In this document: positions 19,217-28,976 of the stretch, in pieces
Layout: each line of letters starts with the position of its first letter
How positions within the stretch are numbered: position 1 is the stretch's first letter
NCBI RefSeq assembly: GCF_022014595.1
Contig: NZ_CP091740.1
Location: 1,536,200 to 1,600,199, forward strand
Origin: Solitalea lacus
Lineage (GTDB): Bacteria > Bacteroidota > Bacteroidia > Sphingobacteriales > Sphingobacteriaceae
Direction: 5' to 3'
DNA length: 64,000 bases
Made by a program: the position numbers and the translations under genes
The notes under the pieces: generated by a model
What the model was told of the DNA's origin: nothing
The model's database searches: none
What the model saw: the letters and a program-made list of their open reading frames with translations, nothing else

Positions 19217-19217
19217 T
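19187..19217 (+). repeat. Direct repeat copy 1 (3' end of dnaE including the stop codon)
   Basis: aaagtttaagaatgtaaactttagtttgaattag recurs at 20058-20089 with 3 differences (one indel). Both copies can encode NVNFSLN-stop. Confidence 0.7.
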
Positions 19218-19238
19218 CTTTTGAATTTTAAAAATAAT

Positions 19239-19270
19239 GGCCTCAGTATTAAAATATTGAGGCTTTTTTG
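19239..19270 (+). terminator. Rho-independent terminator after dnaE
   Basis: ggcctcagtatt / aatattgaggc stem with one mismatch, followed by tttttt. Confidence 0.5.
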
Positions 19271-19362
19271 ATGTTTACATCTTTTTTGTTACTAAATCTT
19301 TACTTTGAATTAATTACTTAAATGAATATTTGATAATTAATTATTAAATAACGTAATCAAAA

Positions 19363-20025
19363 ATGAAACATCTATTTGCTATTGTTGTCCTAGTTGCAAC
19401 ATCTATTGCGGCTAATGCACAAATTAATAAAGGGAATCAATCGATTGGGCTTAGTTTTAGTTCTAGGAATAGTAATTACACTGTAAGTGGAGTTAATGTA
19501 TACACGAGTGATCAAAGTAATTTTTCAGTTAACATTGACTATGCTTATTTTATAAAAGATAAGGTTTCATTGGGACTATTTGCAGGTTTTGGTAAGAATG
19601 ATGCTAGGTACGATAATTCAAGTAATGGCACCGATCAAAATAGTAAGAATTATACCGCAGGTGTCTTTGGTAAGCAATACTTTATGTTCGGAAATAAATT
19701 TGGTGCATTTGGGGCCGCAAACTTATCAACAACGATTGCTAAAAGTCATAATTACGATGCTAATGCATCACTGCTCCTAAGTAATTATAAATATTTTAAT
19801 GTTGGTCTTGGTTTGCAAGGTGGTATAGCATTCTTTCCATTTAAACGATTAAGCTGTGAGGCCGGAATTGGGGCTGTAAATATAGGATATTCAAAAAATA
19901 AATCTTTTAATTCAAATGATGAGTTAGATTCTGACAGTTCAGTTTCTTTATTTGATTTCTCTTTTGCAAAATCACTTGATAATATAATGTTTACCCTTCG
20001 ATACCACTTTGGTTTCAAGAAGTAA
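19363..20025 (+). CDS. Outer-membrane beta-barrel protein (OmpA-like N-terminal barrel / porin family)
   Basis: Signal peptide MKHLFAIVVLVATSIAANAQ. Alternating amphipathic beta strands. C-terminal aromatic residue (RYHFGFKK). Confidence 0.6.
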   Translation: MKHLFAIVVLVATSIAANAQINKGNQSIGLSFSSRNSNYTVSGVNVYTSDQSNFSVNIDYAYFIKDKVSLGLFAGFGKNDARYDNSSNGTDQNSKNYTAGVFGKQYFMFGNKFGAFGAANLSTTIAKSHNYDANASLLLSNYKYFNVGLGLQGGIAFFPFKRLSCEAGIGAVNIGYSKNKSFNSNDELDSDSSVSLFDFSFAKSLDNIMFTLRYHFGFKK

Positions 20026-20057
20026 TTATGTTAATTAAATTTCTTCAGTTATTGCTT

Positions 20058-20089
20058 AAAGTTTAAAACGTAAACTTTAGTTTGAACTA
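20058..20089 (+). repeat. Direct repeat copy 2 (duplicated dnaE 3' end)
   Basis: aaagtttaaaacgtaaactttagtttgaactag; see copy 1. Confidence 0.7.
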
Positions 20090-20163
20090 GCTACTGCAGA
20101 AGGAATGCTTAATTACTCCCGTATTTATTCAACAATAACAACTAATACAACATCAAAGAGTAA

Positions 20164-20400
20164 TGTATTTGCAGCCAAAATAGCTGGAAATCTGGTTTTT
20201 TTCCAACAAGCCGCTTTAAGATTCGTTTGAATTTATTTGATGTAGGTTATTCTTATATAAAGCCGGTAGAGTACAAGATCTCTCAAGCAACTGAAATTGT
20301 TAATGGTAACCTATCTTCTTATGGTAGAGGATTTAATTCTAATTTCCTGGATAAATTCAGTATTGGTGTTGGTTTTCATTTTGGTGGGGTAAAGAAATAA
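20164..20400 (+). pseudogene. C-terminal remnant of an outer-membrane beta-barrel gene (no start codon)
   Basis: The open frame has no ATG. It encodes ...ISYSYIKPVEYKISQATEIVNGNLSSYGRGFNSNFLDKFSIGVGFHFGGVKK, whose C-terminus (FHFGGVKK) parallels that of the upstream OMP (RYHFGFKK). Confidence 0.35.
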
Positions 20401-20638
20401 TTAACAAATTGATTAATTTATCGAAGGCTGTCTCATAAAGGGGTAGCCTTTATTTTTGGTATTTTAACCCGGGAGAATGTTATTAGATTGAATGTATTGT
20501 TGTAATATTTACAATACTTGCTAAATCGTTTTAGTAAAATTGTATTTTTAGCGTAAAATCTATAATGGTTTACGAATAATTGTAATGAACTTAATGGTAC
20601 AACATAATTATTCGTCCAAACCTTTTACAAGCATAAAC

Positions 20639-23290
20639 ATGAAGAAAAGATTAGGCTTATTAATTGTAGTTTTACTCTCCATTACTCCCAGGTTAACAGC
20701 TCAAAATAGGTACGAACTGAATTCGGGTTGGGTTTGCGCACCAAAGACTTTAGTTAAGGATGCCGGGACGGTTATTTCATCGCTTCCATATTCCTTACAA
20801 TCATGGAAACCTGCAGTTGTTCCAGGTACCGTTTTAACCACAATGCTGGCAAACAAAGAAATCCCAGATCCTTTTTGGGGGATGAATAATAAGAAGATAC
20901 CTGATATTTATCAAACTGGAAGAGATTATTACACATATTGGTTCGCTAAAGATTTCAAGGAAATTATTCCATCAGGAAATAGTCAAGTATGGCTTACATT
21001 TAGAGGTATTAACTACAGCTGTGATATTTTCTTAAATGGGAAAAAAGTAAATGCTTCACCTTTTGCGGGAATGTTCCTCAGAAAGTCCTTTAATATTACT
21101 TCTCTCTTATCAAAATCCGGAAATAACCGTTTGGTGGTAATTGTGTATCCTCCTGATCCAGTAGGTAATCCCAATGGTGGACAGGGTGGGGATGGGACCA
21201 TAGCCCGAAATGTATCTCATCAATATGTTGCCGGCTGGGACTGGATACAACCTATACGCGATCGAAATACAGGTATTTGGGATAAGGTTTATATCGAACA
21301 AACTGGAGCTGTTAATGTCAATGATCCGCATGTGGTAACATTGGTTCCTGGAAAAAGAAAAACCACCGGGAGGCAGGCTCCTGCACAGCTTAAAGTATCG
21401 GCTGATTTACACAATGCCACTAATAAAGCAATACAGGGTGTTTTACGCTATAATTTTGACGGTAAGACTATATCTAAAGCAGTATTACTAAAGGCCAATT
21501 CTGTTTTAACGGTAAATTTACCAGTGCTGACAATCAATACTCCTCGTTTATGGTGGCCAGCAGGTTATGGAGATCAACCTCTTTACAAAATTAACCTTGA
21601 ATTTGTGGAAAATGGAACTGTTGTTACAGATGCAGAAACTGTTTCGTTTGGGATTAGGGAAATACAGACTGAATGGAATGAAAGAACTAGAAGTAAGCAG
21701 GTATTGGTTAATGGACAGAAGATATTTATTAAAGGTGGAAACTGGATTATATCTGACGCAATGCTGAGATTTTCTAAAGAACGGTATGATGCTGAAGTGC
21801 GTTTTCACAGAGACATGAATTTAAACCTGATCAGGATATGGGGAGGAGCACTGGTGGAACGACCGGAGTTCTACGAAGCTTGTGATAAATACGGGTTGCT
21901 GGTATTTCAGGATTTCTGGATTTCAGGAGATTGTAACGGAAGATGGATAGACCCTATGAAATTGGAGGATCAGTGGACACGAAGGAAATATCCGGACGAT
22001 CATAAGTTGTTTCTTGAGTCAGCTGCTGATATGATTAAAATGGTGCGCAATCATCCATCGCTTGCCATGTGGTGTGGAGGAAATGAAATGACTCCACCCG
22101 AAGATATCTTAGTTGCGTTAAGGGACTCTATTTTGCCGGCTTTGGATGGTACCCGATGGTTTGTTGAATATTCCAATGCCGATGAGATGTCGTACAATTC
22201 AATAGGCGGAAATGGCGATGGCCCGTATGGAATTCAAAAGATCAGTACTTTTTGGGAGCAGCAAACTTATCCTTTCAATAGTGAAGTTGGGTCAGTGGGA
22301 ATAGGTGATTACGAATCTCTTGAACGATTTATTCCCAAGGAAAATATGATTGTGCCTTTTTTACAGCCAGGAATGAAACCAGCTGAATTGACAGATTCTG
22401 TATGGACTTATCATAAATATTCAGGGGTGGGGTACGGCCAATTTATAGAGCCCTATGGTAAGCCGAAAGACATTGAAGATTTTGCCCTAAAAGCACAACT
22501 GGTAAATTATGATCAGTATAGGGGGTTAATTGAAGGCTTTAGTTCAAAGATGTGGGATTGGTATACCGGAGTTATTATTTGGAAAACCCAAAATCCATGG
22601 ACTGCCATGAGAGGGCAGATGTACGATTATTATCTTGATCCCAATGCCTGTTTATACGGTTTAAGGTCAGGAAGTGAGCTTTTGCACATCATGTGTAATC
22701 CGGTGGATGGAATGGTGATGGTGGTTAATAATGGTGTCGAAGCACAGCGGAATCTGATGCTAGAGGTTAAGGTAATTGACATGGAGGGAAAAGAGAAGCT
22801 TCTTACGCAGGTGTTTTCAAATATTGATGCATCAAGTGTAAAGAAATATCTTTCAATAAAAAAAGAAGTTGATGTGGTAGCAAAAGATAAAGGAGCATTT
22901 TTATCATTAAGGTTACTTGATGAAAATAAAAAAGTACTGAGTGATAATTTTTACTGGCTGCCTGATTCTCAAGGGAAGTATTCGGGTTTGCAAGAAATGA
23001 AAAGTGCAGATCTTCAATTAAAAGTTCGGAAATTATCTCCGGGTACAGTGGAGGTAACTTTGAAGAATCCAGAAGGGGGAAGGATAGCATTCTTTAACAG
23101 ATTGTCTGTAGTTGATAAACAAACATCAAAAAGAATCCTTCCTGTGTTTTACTCAGATAACTACCTGTCGGTTTTGCCGGGTGCTGAAAAGAAAGTGGTT
23201 ATAGAATTTGAACCGAACCCAAATCAAGCGGCTCCTCTAATTAAACTGCAAGGATGGAATGTTGCAGAAAAAAATGTTGCAATTGAGTAA
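20639..23290 (+). CDS. Glycoside hydrolase family 2 (beta-mannosidase / exo-beta-glucosaminidase-like)
   Basis: Signal peptide MKKRLGLLIVVLLSITPRLTAQN at the internal Met; the ORF track begins at 20585. GH2-type segments WLTFRGINYSCDIFLNG and NLIRIWGGALVERPEFYEACDKYGLLVFQDF. Confidence 0.8.
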   Translation: MKKRLGLLIVVLLSITPRLTAQNRYELNSGWVCAPKTLVKDAGTVISSLPYSLQSWKPAVVPGTVLTTMLANKEIPDPFWGMNNKKIPDIYQTGRDYYTYWFAKDFKEIIPSGNSQVWLTFRGINYSCDIFLNGKKVNASPFAGMFLRKSFNITSLLSKSGNNRLVVIVYPPDPVGNPNGGQGGDGTIARNVSHQYVAGWDWIQPIRDRNTGIWDKVYIEQTGAVNVNDPHVVTLVPGKRKTTGRQAPAQLKVSADLHNATNKAIQGVLRYNFDGKTISKAVLLKANSVLTVNLPVLTINTPRLWWPAGYGDQPLYKINLEFVENGTVVTDAETVSFGIREIQTEWNERTRSKQVLVNGQKIFIKGGNWIISDAMLRFSKERYDAEVRFHRDMNLNLIRIWGGALVERPEFYEACDKYGLLVFQDFWISGDCNGRWIDPMKLEDQWTRRKYPDDHKLFLESAADMIKMVRNHPSLAMWCGGNEMTPPEDILVALRDSILPALDGTRWFVEYSNADEMSYNSIGGNGDGPYGIQKISTFWEQQTYPFNSEVGSVGIGDYESLERFIPKENMIVPFLQPGMKPAELTDSVWTYHKYSGVGYGQFIEPYGKPKDIEDFALKAQLVNYDQYRGLIEGFSSKMWDWYTGVIIWKTQNPWTAMRGQMYDYYLDPNACLYGLRSGSELLHIMCNPVDGMVMVVNNGVEAQRNLMLEVKVIDMEGKEKLLTQVFSNIDASSVKKYLSIKKEVDVVAKDKGAFLSLRLLDENKKVLSDNFYWLPDSQGKYSGLQEMKSADLQLKVRKLSPGTVEVTLKNPEGGRIAFFNRLSVVDKQTSKRILPVFYSDNYLSVLPGAEKKVVIEFEPNPNQAAPLIKLQGWNVAEKNVAIE

Positions 23291-23301
23291 TAAGACTTTA
23301 T

Positions 23302-25671
23302 ATGAATTTTAGAAGTACTTTTCTTTTACTGTTGGTTTTGTGTTTTGCCACTCTGACCTATGCTCAGAATCCTTTGTATAAAGATGCCAGCGCTCCGATT
23401 AATAGCCGGATAAGCGACCTACTTGGTAGAATGACTACCGAAGAAAAGGTGGGGCAATTATCAACGTTGTTAGGTTGGGATATGTATTTAAAAAATGGGA
23501 AACAGGTTGTAGTCAGTGATTTGTTTAAGAAATCTGTAGCCGAACAACATATCGGAATGCTTTGGGCTACATTAAGGGCCGATCCTTGGACGAAGAAAAC
23601 ATTGTTATCAGGATTGAATCCTACACTGGCGGCCAGGGCTACTAGTGAATTACAACGGTACGTGATCAATAATACCCGGTTAGGAATTCCATTGTTACTT
23701 GCTGAAGAGTGCCCGCATGGGCATATGGCCATAGGAACAACAGTTTTTCCAACGGCTATTGGTCAGGCAAGTACTTGGGACCCTGAATTAATTGAACAAA
23801 TGGCCGCTGTTATTGCTTCCGAAGCAAGGTCTCAAGGTGCACACATAGGGTATGGGCCTATTTTGGATCTTGCGAGGGAGCCTCGTTGGTCAAGATTGGA
23901 AGAGACTTATGGGGAAGATACTTACCTGAATTCAGTAATGGGCAAAGCAATGGTAAAAGGGTTTCAGGGAAATAATCTTAAGAGTGGGAAAAATATTGCC
24001 TCGACACTTAAGCATTTTGTTGCCTATGGCAATCCGGATGGTGGCCATAATGGAGGTAGCAACGCAGTAGGGCAGCGTGAACTGTTTCAGTTTTATTTAC
24101 CTCCTTTTGAGGCTGCAGTTAAGACAGGAGCTAGGTCGGTTATGACGGCATATAATTCTGTGGATGGAATACCATGTACAGGAGATGCATATCTGCTTAA
24201 ATCAATTCTTCGAGATCATTGGGGGTTTAAAGGTTTTACGGTTTCGGATCTTGGTAGCATATCAGGTCTTTATAGCAATCATGCTGTGGTAGCCTCAAAA
24301 GAAGATGCCGCAACACTGGCAATAAACTCAGGTTTGGATTCGGATTTGGGTGGTTACGGATATGGTGAGGCTTTACTTAAAGCATTTAAACAAGGAAAAG
24401 TGTCTCAGGTCGTACTTGATTCGGCTGTTTCCCGGGTCCTTCGACTGAAATTTGAAATGGGTTTATTTGAACAACCATTTGTTGATCAAAACAATGCTTC
24501 AAAATTGGTAGGGTCAACTCAAAATACCCAGTTGGCTAACCTGGTAGCTAAGAAATCGATTATCTTACTTAAGAATGAAAAACAACTTTTGCCCCTTAGC
24601 AAAAACCTAAAGAAAATAGCAGTTATTGGTCCTAATGCTGATAATATTTACAATCAGTTAGGCGATTATACGGCTCCTCAACCAGATGAACGAATCGTTA
24701 CTGTTCTTGAAGGAATAAAGAATAAGGTAGGGAAAGGTATGGAGGTTAATTACATAAAGGGGTGCAATATTCGTGATACAACAGAACAATCAATTGCTCA
24801 AGCCGTAGAGGTGGCCAAAAAATCAGAAGTAGCCATATTAGTGCTAGGAGGGTCAAGCGCGCGCGATTTTAAAACAGAGTATCAAAATACCGGAGCTGCT
24901 CTTGTTTCTGAGAAAACCATTAGTGATATGGAAAGTGGGGAAGGGTTTGATCGCTCAACACTTGATTTGATGGGATATCAGTTGAAACTTTTACAAGAAG
25001 TGGTAAAAACCGGGACACCTGTGGTGTTGGTACTTATTAAAGGCCGTCCTCTTAATCTTAACTGGCCTGCGGCAAATGTTCCGGCTATAGTAGATGCATG
25101 GTACCCTGGGCAAGAAGGTGGAAATGCTATCGCAGATGTATTATTTGGTGATTTTAACCCAGCAGGTCGCTTGACTGTTTCGGTGCCGAAATCGGTAGGA
25201 CAGCTCCCAGTGTATTACAATCATAAGAAACCTTCTCCTCATGGCTATGTCGAAATAGATGAGAAACCATTGTATCCTTTTGGGTTTGGTTTGAGTTATA
25301 CTTCATTTGCTTATCAGGACTTGAAGGTTAAAGTTTCGGAAACGGGGTCTGATATAAATGTTGAGACAGAATTTAAGCTTACCAATACGGGTAAATTTGA
25401 TGGAGACGAGGTGGTTCAGTTGTACATAAGAGATAATGTAAGCTCTGTAGTTACAGCTGTTAAACAATTGAAGAGATTTAAACGAGTTCACTTAAAAGCT
25501 GGAGAAGAAAAAGTGGTGAAGTTATCCCTAGTAGGTGAGGATTTAGCTCTTTTTGATCAAACAATGAGAAAAGTCGTAGAGCCAGGCCAGTTCACACTAA
25601 TGGTGGGTTCTTCATCAAAAGATATTAAGCTCCAGGAAGTAATTACTGTTTCCAAAGAAATTGCCTGGTAA
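23302..25671 (+). CDS. Glycoside hydrolase family 3 beta-glucosidase (BglX-like) with a C-terminal Fn3-like domain
   Basis: Signal peptide. GH3 N-terminal domain motifs (RMTTEEKVGQL; GIPLLLAEECPHG; SDLGS). C-terminal barrel segment QLYIRDNVSSVV. Confidence 0.85.
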   Translation: MNFRSTFLLLLVLCFATLTYAQNPLYKDASAPINSRISDLLGRMTTEEKVGQLSTLLGWDMYLKNGKQVVVSDLFKKSVAEQHIGMLWATLRADPWTKKTLLSGLNPTLAARATSELQRYVINNTRLGIPLLLAEECPHGHMAIGTTVFPTAIGQASTWDPELIEQMAAVIASEARSQGAHIGYGPILDLAREPRWSRLEETYGEDTYLNSVMGKAMVKGFQGNNLKSGKNIASTLKHFVAYGNPDGGHNGGSNAVGQRELFQFYLPPFEAAVKTGARSVMTAYNSVDGIPCTGDAYLLKSILRDHWGFKGFTVSDLGSISGLYSNHAVVASKEDAATLAINSGLDSDLGGYGYGEALLKAFKQGKVSQVVLDSAVSRVLRLKFEMGLFEQPFVDQNNASKLVGSTQNTQLANLVAKKSIILLKNEKQLLPLSKNLKKIAVIGPNADNIYNQLGDYTAPQPDERIVTVLEGIKNKVGKGMEVNYIKGCNIRDTTEQSIAQAVEVAKKSEVAILVLGGSSARDFKTEYQNTGAALVSEKTISDMESGEGFDRSTLDLMGYQLKLLQEVVKTGTPVVLVLIKGRPLNLNWPAANVPAIVDAWYPGQEGGNAIADVLFGDFNPAGRLTVSVPKSVGQLPVYYNHKKPSPHGYVEIDEKPLYPFGFGLSYTSFAYQDLKVKVSETGSDINVETEFKLTNTGKFDGDEVVQLYIRDNVSSVVTAVKQLKRFKRVHLKAGEEKVVKLSLVGEDLALFDQTMRKVVEPGQFTLMVGSSSKDIKLQEVITVSKEIAW

Positions 25672-25789
25672 ATAAATTTGGAAAGGAATGAAGATTTGGC
25701 AGTTTGTCAGTTGATTTTTGAATTGTCAGTAACTTAAGTAGTATAAACCGACAAGTAATTCTGTCAGAATAAAATCATAAAGTTGGAGT

Positions 25790-25823
25790 TGGAACAATTA
25801 TTGACTCAATCTGTTATATTTGC
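25790..25823 (+). promoter_or_regulatory. Candidate Bacteroidota sigma-A type promoter for trxA (-7 TAnnTTTG element)
   Basis: tatatttg at 25816-25823, about 20 nt upstream of the trxA ATG. The upstream TTG elements are at non-ideal spacing. Confidence 0.3.
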
Positions 25824-25842
25824 AAACGTAAATTTTTAAAAT

Positions 25843-26163
25843 ATGGCTTTAGTAATAACCGACGCAAACTTCGAAGAAGTTGTATTGAAATCAGATAAAC
25901 CTGTATTAGTTGATTTCTGGGCTGAGTGGTGTGGTCCATGCCGCATGGTGGGTCCTGTTGTTGAAGAACTGGCTAGCGAATACGAAGGCAAAGCTGTTAT
26001 CGGAAAAGTAGATGTTGATAACAATCCTGAAGTATCAATGAAATTTGGTATTCGTAATATCCCAGCTTTATTGTTCTTTAAAAACGGTGAAATCGTTGAT
26101 AAACAAATTGGTGCCGTTCCAAAATCAGTCTTAGCCGGTAAATTGGAAGCACAATTAGGATAA
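25843..26163 (+). CDS. trxA: Thioredoxin
   Basis: 106 aa with FWAEWCGPCRMVGP active site. Confidence 0.9.
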   Translation: MALVITDANFEEVVLKSDKPVLVDFWAEWCGPCRMVGPVVEELASEYEGKAVIGKVDVDNNPEVSMKFGIRNIPALLFFKNGEIVDKQIGAVPKSVLAGKLEAQLG

Positions 26164-26184
26164 GCATATTAATACAATAGTTTC

Positions 26185-26222
26185 AAAATGGCCTTGGAAT
26201 TTCCTAGGCCATTTTTATTTTT
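26185..26222 (+). terminator. Rho-independent terminator after trxA
   Basis: aaatggcc...ggccattt inverted repeat with an internal cctagg, followed by ttatttttag. Confidence 0.5.
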
Positions 26223-26304
26223 AGATAATAAGTTGATAAAAGTATATTTGATTTGATGAGGTAGTCTGAAAATCTCTCAATTTTTAAATCTCAGATTCAT
26301 AGTT

Positions 26305-27207
26305 ATGCTCGAAAATAAAGAAGAATTACAGCAACTCAATCTTGAATTATTAGCTAATCAGGTGGTAGAAGGATTTATTACCGGTTTGCACAAGAGTCCG
26401 TTTCATGGCTTTTCAGTTGAGTTTGCCGAGCATCGCTTATACAATAAAGGTGAATCGGTTAAAAATATTGATTGGAAGTTATTCGGTCGCACTGATCGGT
26501 TATTTACCAAGCGATTTGAAGAAGAAACCAATTTGCGCTGTCAGTTAGTAATAGATGCCTCCTCATCGATGTACTATCCGGATGGTTCAGTTAATAAGCT
26601 TCAATTCTCTGTTTATTGTGCAGCCTCATTAATCAATTTGTTAAAGCGTCAGCGCGATGCATTCGGATTAAGTGTTTTTGCTGAACAGGTACTATTGTCA
26701 ACCCAGGCAAAATCTACCACACCTCATCAACGCTTTATTTATTTCGAATTAGAAAAATTGTTGAATGCCAAACCTGTAAAAAAAACTACGGCGTTAGTAA
26801 ATGCACTTCATGAAATTGCTGAAAATATTCACAAACGTTCCATGGTGGTAATATTTAGTGATATGATGGAAAGCGCAGAAAATGAAGATGCTGTTTTCTC
26901 TGCTTTACAACACTTGAAACATAATAAGCATGAAGTGATTTTATTTAATGTAACAGATAAACGCCTCGAACAGGAGTTTAAATTTGATAACCGACCTTAT
27001 GTTTTTGTTGATACAGAAAGTGGAGAGGAAGTAAAGGTGCAGCCTAGCCAGGTAAAAGAATCCTATCTAAAAGCTATGGCTGATTTTAAACAGACCTTGA
27101 TGCTCAAATGTGCGCAATATCGGATAGATTATATAGATGCTGATATTAACGAAGGATTTTATCCTGTACTAAATGCTTATTTGGTTAAGCGAAACAGAAT
27201 GATGTAA
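26305..27207 (+). CDS. DUF58 family protein (vWA-like, MoxR-associated)
   Basis: SPFHGFSVEFAEHRLYNKGESVKNIDWKLFGRTDRLFTKRFEEE and VIDASSSM motifs typical of DUF58. Confidence 0.8.
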   Translation: MLENKEELQQLNLELLANQVVEGFITGLHKSPFHGFSVEFAEHRLYNKGESVKNIDWKLFGRTDRLFTKRFEEETNLRCQLVIDASSSMYYPDGSVNKLQFSVYCAASLINLLKRQRDAFGLSVFAEQVLLSTQAKSTTPHQRFIYFELEKLLNAKPVKKTTALVNALHEIAENIHKRSMVVIFSDMMESAENEDAVFSALQHLKHNKHEVILFNVTDKRLEQEFKFDNRPYVFVDTESGEEVKVQPSQVKESYLKAMADFKQTLMLKCAQYRIDYIDADINEGFYPVLNAYLVKRNRMM

Positions 27208-27231
27208 AAATCCTGACTTTCCAGGATTTTT
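27207..27231. terminator. Bidirectional rho-independent terminator
   Basis: aaaatcctg / caggatttt perfect 9-bp stem with a 6-nt loop. T-tract on the + side, A-tract on the other side. Sits between convergent genes. Confidence 0.5.
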
Positions 27232-27254
27232 GACTTTAACCGTCTACCAAAAAT

Positions 27255-27527
27255 TTATTGTTTTTTCTGAGTTGCGTCAGTTTTTTTATTCTGAGTTGCG
27301 TCAGATTTCTTAGTCTGAGTTGCGTCAGATTTCTTATTCTGAGTTGCGTCAGGTTTCTTAGTTTCAGCTGACTTTGCTTTTTTTACTTCTTTTTTCTCAC
27401 TGTGAGGTTTTGGAGCTGCTACTTTTTCTTTAGAAGTCGTTGCTTTTTCTGATTTTACAGGAGCGGTTTGAGCAAATACTCCGGTTGAGAAGGCTGCAAT
27501 TGCAACCATTAACATTAATTTTTTCAT
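27255..27527 (-). CDS. Small secreted Lys/Thr/Gln-rich repeat protein
   Basis: Signal peptide MKKLMLMVAIAAFSTGVFAQ at the internal Met; the ORF track starts at 27560. Four tandem octapeptide units KKSDATQN / KKSDATQT / KKTDATQK. Confidence 0.55.
   Translation of the reverse strand: MKKLMLMVAIAAFSTGVFAQTAPVKSEKATTSKEKVAAPKPHSEKKEVKKAKSAETKKPDATQNKKSDATQTKKSDATQNKKTDATQKKQ
27277..27372. repeat. About four tandem copies of a 24-bp unit (ctgagttgcgtcagatttcttagt-like) inside the small repeat-protein gene
   Basis: Direct reading of 27279-27372 shows the unit ttctgagttgcgtcag(a/g/t)tttctta(g/t) repeated in tandem. Confidence 0.7.
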
Positions 27528-27616
27528 TTTCTTTATTGTTTTAGTGGATTCAAGATCCATTTACCAAATGAAGATTTAATGAAGAAACTAAGGTTTTTTA
27601 AATTGATTTAATTGTT

Positions 27617-28939
27617 TTAAAGCCTTGGAAAGGTGAAGGTGATCCTTGTTCCCTTGTTAATTTGCGAATAAACGTTGATGTCTATTTTATGAAAGTTGGC
27701 TATGCTTTTTACTATAGCGAGTCCTAGTCCATGGCTTTCTTCTTCGTTTGTATTAAGTTTTTCAAACCGGTCGAATATATAAGGTAACCTTTCCTCATCA
27801 ATACCCTTGCCTGTATCTGCAATGCTTAACTGATATTTTTCATCCACAATACTATCCGATATAGTAATTGTTCCCTGTTCAGCATTGTATTTAATTGCAT
27901 TAGTTATTACGTTGAATAGCATCGTTCTGATAAGTGACTTGCTGCCGATGAAATGGTAGTTATACTTTAGATCTGCGTTGAAGTGTAATGATTTGTCATC
28001 CAATCGATCTTTTAATTCTTCACTTATTTCCTGAATTAATTTATTAACAACGATACTTTCATTAGGCTTAAATTGTTCATTCTCAATTTTTGAAATAAGC
28101 AACAGGCTGTTAACAATGTTTTTTAATTGGTATAATGTATTTAAAGAGGCGTAAATCTTGTTTTGAACTTCATCGCTTATACTGTTCTCATTTAATAAAT
28201 TTTCAAAGCGACTTTTAAGTATTGAAATTGGTGTTAATAATTCATGTGATACATTGCCGATAAATTCTTTTTGCGTATGAAACGACTGTGAAATACTTGT
28301 AAGCATTTCTTTAAGCTGCTTGTCAAGATGTTTAAAGTCGGAGGTTGAAGTAGCTATTGGTTCGAAATTGAAATGAGAAGGATCATTAACATCTTGTAAT
28401 CGTTTGTTTATTATTGCAGCAAGCGGTTTAAGCAGAAAACCGGTAAATAAAAAATCGGTAATCAGGGTAAGTAAAATAGCAACTAATAATACCACAAGTG
28501 TATAAGTACGGAGGGTTTGCTTAAATTGTTTAATGCTTGCAAGGCTCTCGCCAATTTCTAATTGATAATGACGCCTTTCAAAGTCGAAATTGTAAGTTAA
28601 TATTCTGTAGTCGTTAGTTTGGTTTTCGATAATGCGTGACTCCGTAGAAAATATTCCTGTTCCGTCTTTTTGATTTCCAGAAGAAATTGTTTTTAATAAA
28701 ATATATTCTTCTTTAAAAATATTATAGCTGGTAAAGTCGGTGTCTTGCTCCGAAATATATTCGGAGATTTCCTTTCCTGATAAGTTTTTAATGAACTGCT
28801 CTTTTTTCTGCAGTATTCGGGCATCTAAGTGACTATAAGCAACCTGTTCTGTACTGAAATTAAATAATAAAGCCAATGAAAGTATAATGGCTATTTTAGT
28901 CAATACATTATAGAGCGCAAATTTGGCTTGTAATCGCAT
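27617..28939 (-). CDS. Sensor histidine kinase (two TM, periplasmic sensor, HisKA + HATPase_c)
   Basis: H-box FIGNVSHELLTPISIL. N, G1 and G2 boxes (NAIKYN; DTGKGI; GLGLAIV). Confidence 0.85.
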   Translation of the reverse strand: MRLQAKFALYNVLTKIAIILSLALLFNFSTEQVAYSHLDARILQKKEQFIKNLSGKEISEYISEQDTDFTSYNIFKEEYILLKTISSGNQKDGTGIFSTESRIIENQTNDYRILTYNFDFERRHYQLEIGESLASIKQFKQTLRTYTLVVLLVAILLTLITDFLFTGFLLKPLAAIINKRLQDVNDPSHFNFEPIATSTSDFKHLDKQLKEMLTSISQSFHTQKEFIGNVSHELLTPISILKSRFENLLNENSISDEVQNKIYASLNTLYQLKNIVNSLLLISKIENEQFKPNESIVVNKLIQEISEELKDRLDDKSLHFNADLKYNYHFIGSKSLIRTMLFNVITNAIKYNAEQGTITISDSIVDEKYQLSIADTGKGIDEERLPYIFDRFEKLNTNEEESHGLGLAIVKSIANFHKIDINVYSQINKGTRITFTFPRL

Positions 28940-28976
28940 TTTTAAGGGTAGATTTTAAAGTAATGACTTGCCAATT

